64,000 nt of DNA from Eledone cirrhosa (lineage: Eukaryota): assembly GCA_964016885.1 (NCBI GenBank), contig CAXHJY010000264.1:186001-250000 (forward strand), in the 5' to 3' direction. The translations under genes were made by a program, and so were the position numbers. The first letter of the stretch is position 1, and every line of letters begins with the position of its first letter. The notes below the pieces were generated by a model. That model made no database searches. It was not told the origin of the DNA and saw only the letters and a list, made by a program, of their open reading frames with translations. Positions 10,746 to 22,000 of the stretch are shown in pieces.

Positions 10746-10835
10746 ATGTATGTATGTATGTATGTATGTATGTATGTATGTATGTATGTATGTATGTCTG
10801 TATGTATGTATGTATGTATGTATGTATGTATATGT
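10746..10835. repeat. (ATGT)n microsatellite, RTE 3' tail
   Basis: About 22 units with two variants, directly after GCAGCCATC. Confidence 0.95.
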
Positions 10836-11456
10836 CAGGTCACCAGTTGGTGCTATTGGTAACATGTATCCCAGTACAACCTGTCTCATGGTCAGGTCGT
10901 TGGCGACTAAACTGGCAACCTCACCAAGGTTTCTTGGTGAGGAGGGTGACTTGGACATCCTGCAGGACTAAAAACAAAACAAAGGGCAAAGGACTTCTTA
11001 AGAGTCAATGGCCATCCAAAATCACCGGGAGAGATGACACCTTAGCCTTTGTCAAGGCAGAATTCTAGAAGGAAAACTCTGATATAACACCTGCAACCCT
11101 GATGGTATCCAATGATGTTGACTTGTTCTTCTTTTTGGTAAATATCATCTTGGTTAAGAGAGTGGGACTGGCTTTGTGCAGTGCCTTTGCTCACTATAAA
11201 AGCTTCACGGCACAGGCATTGCTTTATATCTGGAGATCTCTCTGCACTTGTCGTCACATGGTACCATGGGCCCAGCACTATGTGTCAATAATTGTCACAA
11301 GTGTAGTGTTTGTACCAGAGTTTTCAAGTCGCTGGCTGGACTAAAAAGTCACACTCGTTCAGCGCATCGGTAGGGGTTCTCCTACATGGATATAAAGTAG
11401 TGGCCGTACTCGAAAACGAGTTGGCAGCCACCATGTATATATGTATGTATGTATGT
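10836..11456 (+). mobile_element. Short non-autonomous RTE derivative (5'-UTR-like head, last zinc finger, 3' hairpin and ATGT tail)
   Basis: About 11290-11373 translates to NNCHKCSVCTRVFKSLAGLKSHTRSAHR*, homologous to the terminal finger of the upstream RTE (CRLCARHFRSLGGLKSHIRSQRC*). It is followed by TGGCCGTACTCGAAAACGAGTTGGCAGCCACC and an ATGT-type tail. The head contains CTGGCAACC and GAAGGAAAACTCTGA, which I recall from RTE 5' UTRs (not verified by search). Confidence 0.7.
10858..10915 (+). ncRNA. Candidate degenerate HDV-like self-cleaving ribozyme
   Basis: P2 CCAGT (10871-75) / ACTGG (10911-15); J4/2 CTAA; P4 TCG-TTGG-CGA; P1.1 CC (10880-81) / GG (10895-96). P1 is only partial (CATG/CATG) and P3 is imperfect. 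Confidence 0.3.
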
Positions 11457-11711
11457 GAAACTTAAGCCAAAATCTCATTTGGGGGGGGGGGGGGAGATAC
11501 AAGCCAAATCGGCTTTAACTTATATAATACCCCGACCATTCCAAGACATTGGAATAACTAATATTGGAAGAATTTAAGTTCCTTCATCGTGAGGGGAATT
11601 CTTCTTGGAAATAAGGGGACAAGTTGAATACATATCATCCATACCATTTCATTGCTAAACAGGTGAACAAGGTGTATCGATGAATTACTATATGAATACA
11701 CTCCACTCAAG

Positions 11712-11818
11712 CATGAAAAGCAAAGTTAACCTCGGCGGGATTTGAACTCAGAATGGCAAGGGCCGTAACTCTATGCGTCAAAGCATGGCGTCCGACCCTC
11801 TACCGATACTGCCAATCC
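11712..11818 (-). mobile_element. tRNA-derived SINE head fragment
   Basis: Minus strand has an A-box-like TGGCAGTATCGG (11814-11803) and a B box GAGTTCAAATCC (11749-11738), followed by CGCCGAGGTTAACTTTGCTTTTCAT, which resembles octopus SINEs as I recall them. Confidence 0.75.
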
Positions 11819-12307
11819 AAAAATAATGACACTGAGATTTATACCTTTGTGTTGCCGTTAGTTATAGTATTTTCTTATTTATATTTATATTTATATTTAT
11901 ATTTTTCATCATGGATTTATTTCGCTCTTTTCCTAATAAATTGGATATTTTTTAATTTTAATTTTTAATTTTTATTTTAGTTTTTAGGAGCAGGAACTGG
12001 ACTTCTTGTATTCTTCATCTTGTAATCGTTTCACTCATTCCTTTAATAGCTTAGTGTTTTTTCTTGAATATTAATTTGGTTTTTTATGTTATGTTGTGAA
12101 GCCTGGAGGTCCCGATGTTTCTGGGTTTAATGTGATGAGTATAAGGGAGGGTTGGAACAAGGCCTATTATGTAATGTAGTCGCTACAGGTAATAATAGAT
12201 ATTGTTTAATGTCTATTATTATATAGAAACTGCATAATTTGACGTCTGCAACCTGAAAAAGTCCGTCTCTCCCATATTTATATTTACAGCAGGTTAAGGG
12301 CTACAAA

Positions 12308-13592
12308 ATGTCTGTGGTAGGGATTATAGGGATGTCTGGGGTAGGGATTATAGGATGTCTGAGGTAGGGATTATAGGGATGTCTGAGGTAGGGATTATAG
12401 GGATGTCTGAGGTAGGGATTATAGGGATGTCTGAGGTAGGGATTATAGGGATGTCTGAGGTAGGGATATATAGGGATGTCTGAGGTAGGGATTATAGGGA
12501 TGTCCGAGGGGGGATTATAGGGATGTCTGAGGTAGGGATTATAGAGATGTCTGAGGTAGGGGTGTCTGAGGTAGGGATTATAGAGAAGGCTGAGGTAGGA
12601 TTATAGGAATTCTGAGGTAGGGATTATTGGGATCTCTGAGGTAGGGATTATAAAGATTCTGAGGTAGAGATTATAGGCATGTCTGAGGTAGGGTTAATAG
12701 GAATGTCTGAGGTAGGGATTACAGAGATGTCTGAGGTAGGGATTACAGAGATGTCTGAGGTAGGGATTATAGAGATGTCTGAGGTAGGGATTATCGGGAT
12801 GTCTGCGGTGGGGATTATATGAATGTATGAGGTAGCGATTATAGAGATGTCTCAGGTAGGGAGTTCTGAGGTAGGGATTATGGGGATCTCTGAGGTAGAG
12901 CTTATAGAGGTGTCTGAAGTGGGGATTATAGAGATGTCTGAGGTAAGGATTATACAGATGTCTTAGGTAGGGATTATAGAGGTGTCTGTGGTAGGGATGT
13001 CTGAGTTAGGGATTATAGGGATGTCTGAGGTAGGGATATATAGATGTCTGAGGCAGGGATTATAGAGATGTCTGAGGTAGGGATTATAGGGATGTCTGAG
13101 CTAGCTATTATACAGATGTCTGAGGTAGGGATTATAGAGATGTCTGATGTAGGGATTATAGTGATGTCTGAGGTAGGGATATATAGATGTCTGAGGCAGG
13201 GATTATAGAGATGTCTGAGGTAGCTATTATAGAGATGTCTGAGGTAGGGATTATAGAGATGTCTGAGGTAGCTATTATAGAGATGACTGAGGTAGGGATT
13301 ATAGGGATGACTGAGGTAGTGAATATAGGATGTCTGAGGTAGGGATTATATGATGTCTGCGGTAGAGATGTCTGAGGTAAGGATTATAGGGATATCTGAG
13401 GTAGGGATTATAGGGATGTTTGAGGTAGGGATTATAGGGATGTCTGAGGTCGAGATTATAGAGATGTCTGAGGCAGGGATTATAGAGATGTCTGAGGCAG
13501 GGATTATAGAGATGTCTGAGGTAGGGATTATAGGGATGTCTGAGGTAGGGGTTATATGGATGTCTGTGGTAGGGGTTATATGGATGTCGAGG
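12308..13592. repeat. 24-bp minisatellite, consensus GATGTCTGAGGTAGGGATTATAG(G/A), roughly 50-55 copies
   Basis: Direct reading; includes 15-bp deleted units and 1-2-bp indel variants. Confidence 0.97.
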
Positions 13593-14039
13593 TAGTGTGT
13601 AGTGTGGTGTAGCTTGGTGTAGTGTAGTTTAGTGTAGTGTAGTGTGGTGTAGTGTAGTGTAGTGTGGTCTAGTGTAGTGTAGTGTAGTGTAGTGTGGCGT
13701 GTTGTGGTGTAGTGTGGTGTGGTGTGGTGTAGTTTGGTGTGGTGTGGTGTTGTGTAGTGTGGTGTAGTGTGGTGCAGTGTGTGTCGTGCAGTGTGGTGTG
13801 GTGTAGTGTGGTTTAGTGTATTGTAGCATAGTGCGGTGTAGTGAAGTGTGTTGTGGTGTAGTGTAGTGTAGTGTAGAGTGATGTAGTGCGGTGTGGTGTA
13901 GTGTAGTATTGTGTAGTGTAGTGTAATGTACTGTGGTTTAGTGTAGTGTAGTGTAGTGTGGTGTATTGTGGTTTGTTGTACTGTGGTGTGGCGTAGTGTG
14001 GTGTAATGTAGCGTGGTGTGGTGTAGTGTGGTGTGGTGA

Positions 14040-17000
14040 GGTGTTGTGTACTCTGGTGTGGTGTAGTGTGGCATAGTGTAGTGTAGTGTAGTGTAGTGTA
14101 GTGTGGTGTGTTGTGGTGTGATCTATGTGTAGTGTGGTGTAGAGTAGTGTAGTCTGGTGTAGTGTAGTGTAGTGTAGTGTAGTGTCGAGTGGTGTAGTGT
14201 AGTGTGGTGTAGTGTAGTATAGTGTGGTGTAGTGTGGTGTATTGTAGTGTGGTGTAGTGTAGTGTAGTGTAGTGTGGTGTAGTGTGGTGTATTGTAGTGT
14301 GGTGTAGTGTAGTGTAGTGTGGTGTATTGTCTTGTAGTGGCGGTTGGTATGGTGTGGTGTGGTGTAGCGTAGAGTAGTGTGGTGTAGTGTAGAGTAGTGT
14401 AGTGTGGTGTGGTGTAATGTGGCGTAGTGTAGTGTGGTGTAGAGTAGAGTAGTGTGGTGTAGTGTGGTATGGTATAGTGTAGTGGGGTGTAGTGTAGTGT
14501 GGTGTAGTGTAGTGTGGTGTAGTGTAGTGTGGTGTGGTGTAGTGAAGAGTAGTGTGGTGTAGTGTGGTGTGGTGTCGTGTAGTGTAGCCTGGTGTAGTGT
14601 GGTGTGGTGTAGTGTAGAGTAGTGTGGTGTGGTGTAGTGTAGAGTAGTGCGGTGTGGTGTGGTGTAGTGAAGTGTGGTGTAGTGTAGTGTAGTGTGGTGT
14701 ATTGTAGCGTGGTGTAGTGTAGTGTGGTGTGGTGCAGTGTAATGTAGTGTAGTGTAGTGTAGTGTAGTGTAGTGTAGTGTAGTGTAGTGTAGTGTAGTGT
14801 AGTGTAGTGTGGTGTGGTGTGGTGTTGTGTACTCTGGTGTGGTGTAGTGTGGCATAGTGTAGTGTAGTGTAGTGTAGTGTAGTGTGGTGTGTTGTGGTGT
14901 GATCTATGTGTAGTGTGGTGTAGAGTAGTGTAGTCTGGTGTAGTGTAGTGTAGTGTAGTGTAGTGTCGAGTGGTGTAGTGTAGTGTGGTGTAGTGTAGTA
15001 TAGTGTGGTGTAGTGTGGTGTATTGTAGTGTGGTGTAGTGTAGTGTAGTGTAGTGTGGTGTAGTGTGGTGTATTGTAGTGTGGTGTAGTGTAGTGTAGTG
15101 TGGTGTATTGTCTTGTAGTGGCGGTTGGTATGGTGTGGTGTGGTGTAGTGTAGAGTAGTGTGGTGTAGTGTAGAGTAGTGTAGTGTGGTGTGGTGTAATG
15201 TGGCGTAGTGTAGTGTGGTGTAGAGTAGAGTAGTGTGGTGTAGTGTGGTATGGTATAGTGTAGTGGGGTGTAGTGTAGTGTGGTGTAGTGTAGTGTGGTG
15301 TAGTGTAGTGTGGTGTGGTGTAGTGAAGAGTAGTGTGGTGTAGTGTGGTGTGGTGTCGTGTAGTGTAGCGTGGTGTAGTGTGGTGTGGTGTAGTGTAGAG
15401 TAGTGTGGTGTGGTGTAGTGTAGAGTAGTGCGGTGTGGTGTGCTGTAGTGAAGTGTGGTGTAGTGTAGTGTAGTGTGGTGTATTGTAGCGTGGTGTAGTG
15501 TAGTGTGGTGTGGTGCAGTGTAATGTAGTGTGGTGTGGTGTGGTGTGATCTATGTGTAGTGTGGTGTAGAGTAGTGTAGTCTGGTGTAGTGTAGTGTAGT
15601 GTAGTGTAGTGTCGAGTGGTGTAGTGTAGTGTGGTGTAGTGTAGTATAGTGTGGTGTAGTGTGGTGTATTGTAGTGTGGTGTAGTGTAGTGTAGTGTAGT
15701 GTGGTGTAGTGTGGTGTATTGTAGTGTGGTGTAGTGTAGTGTAGTGTGGTGTATTGTCTTGTAGTGGCGGTTGGTATGGTGTGGTGTGGTGTAGTGTAGA
15801 GTAGTGTGGTGTAGTGTAGAGTAGTGTAGTGTGGTGTGGTGTAATGTGGCGTAGTGTAGTGTGGTGTAGAGTAGAGTAGTGTGGTGTAGTGTGGTATGGT
15901 ATAGTGTAGTGGGGTGTAGTGTAGTGTGGTGTAGTGTAGTGTGGTGTAGTGTAGTGTGGTGTGGTGTAGTGAAGAGTAGTGTGGTGTAGTGTGGTGTGGT
16001 GTCGTGTAGTGTAGCGTGGTGTAGTGTGGTGTGGTGTAGTGTAGAGTAGTGTGGTGTGGTGTAGTGTAGAGTAGTGCGGTGTGGTGTGGTGTAGTGAAGT
16101 GTGGTGTAGTGTAGTGTAGTGTGGTGTATTGTAGCGTGGTGTAGTGTAGTGTGGTGTGGTGCAGTGTAATGTAGTGTAGTGTAGTGTAGTGTAGTGTAGT
16201 GTAGTGTAGTGTAGTGTAGTGTAGTGTAGTGTGGTGTGGTGTGGTGTTGTGTACTCTGGTGTGGTGTAGTGTGGCATAGTGTAGTGTAGTGTAGTGTAGT
16301 GTAGTGTGGTGTGTTGTGGTGTGATCTATGTGTAGTGTGGTGTAGAGTAGTGTAGTCTGGTGTAGTGTAGTGTAGTGTAGTGTAGTGTCGAGTGGTGTAG
16401 TGTAGTGTGGTGTAGTGTAGTATAGTGTGGTGTAGTGTGGTGTATTGTAGTGTGGTGTAGTGTAGTGTAGTGTAGTGTGGTGTAGTGTGGTGTATTGTAG
16501 TGTGGTGTAGTGTAGTGTAGTGTGGTGTATTGTCTTGTAGTGGCGGTTGGTATGGTGTGGTGTGGTGTAGTGTAGAGTAGTGTGGTGTAGTGTAGAGTAG
16601 TGTAGTGTGGTGTGGTGTAATGTGGCGTAGTGTAGTGTGGTGTAGAGTAGAGTAGTGTGGTGTAGTGTGGTATGGTATAGTGTAGTGGGGTGTAGTGTAG
16701 TGTGGTGTAGTGTAGTGTGGTGTAGTGTAGTGTGGTGTGGTGTAGTGAAGAGTAGTGTGGTGTAGTGTGGTGTGGTGTCGTGTAGTGTAGCGTGGTGTAG
16801 TGTGGTGTGGTGTAGTGTAGAGTAGTGTGGTGTGGTGTAGTGTAGAGTAGTGTGGTGTAGTGTGGTATGGTATAGTGTAGTGTGGTGTAGTGTAGAGTGG
16901 TGTAGTGTGGTGTAGTGTAGTGTGGTGTAGTGTTGTGTGGTGCAGTGTAGGGGTAGAGTGGTGTAGTGTGGTGTGGTATAGTGTAGTGTGGTGTAGTGTA

Positions 17001-19030
17001 GTGTGGTGTGGTGTAGTGTAGTGTAGTGTGGTGTAGTGTGGTGTAGTGTGGTGTGGTATAACGTGCTGTATTGTAGTGTAGTGTAGTGTAGAGTAGTGTA
17101 GTGTGGTGTGGTGTAATGTGGCGTAGTGTAGTGTGGTGTAGAGTAGAGTAGTGTGGTGTAGTGTGGTATGGTATAGTGTAGTGTGGTGTAGTGTAGTGTG
17201 GTGTAGTGTAGTGTGGTGTAGTGTAGTGTGGTGTGGTGTAGTGAAGAGTAGTGTGGTGTAGTGTGGTGTGGTGTGGTGTAGTGTAGCGTGGTGTAGTGTG
17301 GTGTGGTGTAGTGTAGAGTTGTGTGGTGTGGTGTAGTGTAGAGTAGTGCGGTGTGGTGTGGTGTAGTGAAGTGTGGTGTAGTGTAGTGTAGTGTGGTGTA
17401 TTGTAGCGTGGTGTAGTGTAGTGTAGTGTGGTGTGGTGCAGTGTAATGTAGTGTGGTGTGGTGTGGTGTGGTGTGGTGTAGTGTAGTGTAGTGTAGTGTA
17501 GTGTAGTGTAGTGTAGTGTAGTGTAGTGTAGTGTAGTGTAGTGTAGTGTAGTGTAGTGTAGTGTAGTGTGGTGTAGAGTAGTGTAGTCTGGTGTAGTGTA
17601 GTGTAGTGTAGTGTAGTGTAGTGTCGAGTGGTGTAGTGTAGTGTGGTGTAGTGTAGTATAGTGTGGTGTAGTGTGGTGTATTGTAGTGTGGTGTAGTGTA
17701 GTGTAGTGTAGTGTGGTGTAGTGTGGTGTATTGTAGTGTGGTGTAGTGTAGTGTAGTGTGGTGTATTGTCTTGTAGTGGCGGTTGGTATGGTGTGGTGTG
17801 GTGTAGTGTAGAGTAGTGTGGTGTAGTGTAGAGTAGTGTAGTGTGGTGTGGTGTAATGTGGCGTAGTGTAGTGTGGTGTAGAGTAGAGTAGTGTGGTGTA
17901 GTGTGGTATGGTATAGTGTAGTGGGGTGTAGTGTAGTGTGGTGTAGTGTAGTGTGGTGTAGTGTAGTGTGGTGTGGTGTAGTGAAGAGTAGTGTGGTGTA
18001 GTGTGGTGTGGTGTCGTGTAGTGTAGCGTGGTGTAGTGTGGTGTGGTGTAGTGTAGAGTAGTGTGGTGTGGTGTAGTGTAGAGTAGTGCGGTGTGGTGTG
18101 GTGTAGTGAAGTGTGGTGTAGTGTAGTGTAGTGTGGTGTATTGTAGCGTGGTGTAGTGTAGTGTGGTGTGGTGCAGTGTAATGTAGTGTAGTGTAGTGTA
18201 GTGTAGTGTAGTGTAGTGTAGTGTAGTGTAGTGTAGTGTAGTGTAGTGTAGTGTGGTGTGGTGTGGTGTTGTGTACTCTGGTGTGGTGTAGTGTGGCATA
18301 GTGTAGTGTAGTGTAGTGTAGTGTAGTGTGGTGTGTTGTGGTGTGATCTATGTGTAGTGTGGTGTAGAGTAGTGTAGTCTGGTGTAGTGTAGTGTAGTGT
18401 AGTGTCGAGTGGTGTAGTGTAGTGTGGTGTAGTGTAGTATAGTGTGGTGTAGTGTGGTGTATTGTAGTGTGGTGTAGTGTAGTGTAGTGTAGTGTGGTGT
18501 AGTGTGGTGTATTGTAGTGTGGTGTAGTGTAGTGTAGTGTGGTGTATTGTCTTGTAGTGGCGGTTGGTATGGTGTGGTGTGGTGTAGTGTAGAGTAGTGT
18601 GGTGTAGTGTAGAGTAGTGTAGTGTGGTGTGGTGTAATGTGGCGTAGTGTAGTGTGGTGTAGAGTAGAGTAGTGTGGTGTAGTGTGGTATGGTATAGTGT
18701 AGTGGGGTGTAGTGTAGTGTGGTGTAGTGTAGTGTGGTGTAGTGTAGTGTGGTGTGGTGTAGTGAAGAGTAGTGTGGTGTAGTGTGGTGTGGTGTCGTGT
18801 AGTGTAGCGTGGTGTAGTGTGGTGTGGTGTAGTGTAGAGTAGTGTGGTGTGGTGTAGTGTAGAGTAGTGCGGTGTGGTGTGGTGTAGTGAAGTGTGGTGT
18901 AGTGTAGTGTAGTGTGGTGTATTGTAGCGTGGTGTAGTGTAGTGTGGTGTGGTGCAGTGTAATGTAGTGTAGTGTAGTGTAGTGTAGTGTAGTGTAGTGT
19001 AGTGTAGTGTAGTGTAGTGTAGTGTAGTGT
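14040..19030. repeat. Proximal higher-order repeat layer, ~0.65-0.78-kb unit
   Basis: Marker CTTGTAGTGGCGGTTGG at 14331, 15112, 15758, 16534, 17770 and 18551 (spacings 781, 646, 776, 1236, 781); not seen further distal. Confidence 0.9.
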
Positions 19031-22000
19031 GGTGTAGTGTAGTGTAGTGTGTTGTGGTGTAGTGTAGAGTAGTGTGGTGTAGTGTGGTGTAATGTGGTGT
19101 GGTGTGGTGTAGTGTGGTGTAGTGTAGTGTGGTGTAGTGTAGTGTAGTGTTGTGTGGTTAAGTGTAGTGTAGTGTAGTGTGGTGTGGTGTACTGTAGTGT
19201 AGTGTGGTGTAGTGTGGCGGGGTGTGGTGTAGTGTGGTGTAGTGTGGTGTAGTGTGGTGTTGTGTGGTGTAGTGTAGTGTAGTGTAGTGTGGTGTGGTGT
19301 ACTGTAGTGTAGTGTGGTGTAGTGTGGCGGGGTGTGGTGTAGTGTGGCGTAGTGTGGTGTAGTGTGGTGTAGTGTTGTGTGGTGTAATGTGGTGTGGTGT
19401 GGTGTAGTGTAGAGTGGTGTAGTGTAGTGTAGTGTGGTGTAGTGTAGCGTGGTGTAGTGTAGTGTATTGTTGTGTGGTTTAATGTAGTGTAGTGTAGTGT
19501 GGTGTAGTGTGGTGAAGTGTGGTGTAGTGTGGTGTGGTGTAGAGTAGTGTGGTGTAGAGTGGTGTGGTATAATGTGGTGTAGTGTTGTGTGTTGTAGTGT
19601 AGTGTGGTGTGGTGTAGTGTAGAGTAGTGTGGTGTAGTGTGGTGTGGTGTAATGTGGTGTAGTGTAGTGTGGTGTAGTGTGGAGTAGTGTGGTGTAATGT
19701 GGTGTAGTGTGGTGTAGTGTAGTGTAGCGTGGTGTAGTGTAGCATGGTGTGGTGTGGTGTGGTGTGTGGTGTAGTGTAGTGTAGTGTGGTGTAGTGTTGT
19801 GTGGTGTGGTGTAGTGTAGAGTAGTGCGGTGTGGTGTGGTGTAGTGAAGTGTGGTGTAGTGTAGTGTAGTGTAGTGTGGTGTATTGTAGCGTGGTGTAGT
19901 GTAGTGTAGTGTGGTGTGGTGCAGTGCAGTGTAGTGTAGTGTAGTGTAGTGTAGTGTAGTGTAGTGTAGTGTAGTGTAGTGTAGTGTAGTGTAGTGTAGT
20001 GTAGTGTATTGTAGTGTAGTGTGGTATGGTGTAGTGTAGTGTAGTGTAGTGTAGTGTCGTATAGAGTAGTGTAGTGTGGTGTAGTGTTGTGTGGTGTGTG
20101 TATTGTAGTGTAGTGTAGTGTAGTGTAGTGTAGTGTAGTGTAGTGTAGTGTAGTGTAGTGTAGTGTAGTGTAGAGTAGTGTGGTGTAGTGTAGTGTAATG
20201 TGGTGTAGTGTAGTGTAATGTGGTGTAGTGTGGTGTAGTCTAGTGTGGTGTAGTGTAGCGTGGCGTAGTGTAGCGTGGTGTAGTGTGGTGTGGTGTAATG
20301 TAGTGTGGTGTAGAGTAGTGTGGTGTAGTGTTGGTGTGGTATAATGTGGTGTTGTGTAGTGTAGTGTGGTGTAGTGTAGATTAGTGTGGTGTAGTGTGGT
20401 GTGGTGTAATGTGGTGTAGTGTGGTGTGGTGTAATGTGGTGTGGTGTTTGTGGTGAAGTGTGGTGTAGTGTAGTGCAGTGTAGTGTTGTGTGGTGTAGTG
20501 TAGTGTAGTGTAGTGTGGTGTGGTGTACTGTAGTGTAGTGTGGTGTAGTGTGGCAGGGTGTGGTGTAGTGTGGTGTAGTGTGGTGTAGTGTGGTGTAGTG
20601 TTGTGTGGTGTAATGTGGTGTGGTGTGGTGTAGTGTAGTGTGGTGTAGTGTAGTGTAGTGTAGTGTGGTGTAGTGTAGCGTGGTGTAGTGTAGTGTATTG
20701 TTGTGTGGTTTAATGTAGTGTAGTGTAGTGTGGTGTAGTGTGGTGAAGTGTGGTGTAGTGTGGTGTGGTGTAGAGTAGTGTGGTGTAGTGTAGTGTAGTG
20801 TAGTGTATTGTAGTGTAGTGTGGTATGGTGTAGTGTAGTGTAGTGTAGTGTAGTGTCGTATAGAGTAGTGCGGTGTAGTGTAGCGTGGTGTAGTGTAGTG
20901 TAGTGTAGTGTAGTGTAGTGTAGTGTAGTGTAGTGTAGTGTAGTGTAGTGTAGTGTAGTGTAGTGTAGTGTAGTGTAGTGTAGAGTAGTGTGGTGTAGTG
21001 TAGTGTAATGTGGTGTAGTGTAGTGTAATGTGGTGTAGTGTGGTGTAGTCTAGTGTGGTGTAGTGTAGCGTGGCGTAGTGTAGCGTGGTGTAGTTTGGTG
21101 TGGTGTAATGTAGTGTGGTGTAGAGTAGTGTGGTGTAGTGTTGGTGTGGTATAATGTGGTGTTGTGTAGTGTAGTGTGGTGTAGTGTAGATTAGTGTGGT
21201 GTAGTGTGGTGTGGTGTAATGTGGTGTAGTGTGGTGTGGTGTAATGTGGTGTGGTGTTTGTGGTGAAGTGTGGTGTAGTGTAGTGCAGTGTAGTGTTGTG
21301 TGGTGTAGTGTAGTGTAGTGTAGTGTGGTGTGGTGTACTGTAGTGTAGTGTGGTGTAGTGTGGCAGGGTGTGGTGTAGTGTGGTGTAGTGTGGTGTAGTG
21401 TTGTGTGGTGTAATGTGGTGTGGTGTGGTGTAGTGTAGTGTGGTGTAGTGTAGTGTAGTGTAGTGTGGTGTAGTGTAGCGTGGTGTAGTGTAGTGTATTG
21501 TTGTGTGGTTTAATGTAGTGTAGTGTAGTGTGGTGTAGTGTGGAGTAGTGTGGTGTAATGTGGTGTGGTGTGGTGTAGTGTGGTGTAGTGTAGTTTAGCG
21601 TGGTGTAGTGTAGCATGGTGTGGTGTGGTGTGGTGTGTGGTGTAGTGTAGTGTAGTGTGGTGTAGTGTTGTGTGGTGTGGTGTAGTGTAGAGTAGTGCGG
21701 TGTGGTGTGGTGTAGTGAAGTGTGGTGTAGTGTAGTGTAGTGTGGTGTATTGTAGCGTGGTGTAGTGTAGTGTAGTGTAGTGTGGTGTAGTGTAGAGTAG
21801 TGTGGTGTAATGTGGTGTGGTGTAATGTGGTGTAGTGTAGTGTGGTGTAGTGTAGAGTAGTGTGGTGTAGTGTGGTATGGTATAGTGTAGTGTGGTGTAG
21901 TGTAGAGTGGTGTAGTGTGGTGTAGTGTAGTGTGGTGTAGTGTTGTGTGGTGCAGTGTAGAGTAGAGTGGTGTAGTGTGGTGTGGTATAGTGTAGTGTGG

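Larger units (their letters stand above)
6030..10835 (+). mobile_element. RTE retrotransposon lacking its 5' UTR; 3' UTR apparently interrupted by a ~1.18-kb insertion and resuming at ~10706
   Basis: ORF stop at 9515, then TTGCTATCGTG. At 10706: TCGTG-CAATGGCCATACTCGATAACGAGGGGGCAGCCATC-(ATGT)n, an RTE-type 3' hairpin and tail matching that of the short relative at 11401. Confidence 0.65.

Noticed and set aside
9519-11068. Short low-complexity ORFs (poly-I/L/N, YVCM, HTYI)
   Set aside because: Translations of microsatellites and MITE sequence.
11712-11818. tRNA gene
   Set aside because: A and B boxes are present, but there is no convincing cloverleaf and the sequence continues into a SINE-like body.
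13346-13595. PTSDIPII / EMSEVGII repeat protein from the 24-bp minisatellite
   Set aside because: The array contains 1-2-bp indels and stops that break the frame; there is no non-repetitive coding context.
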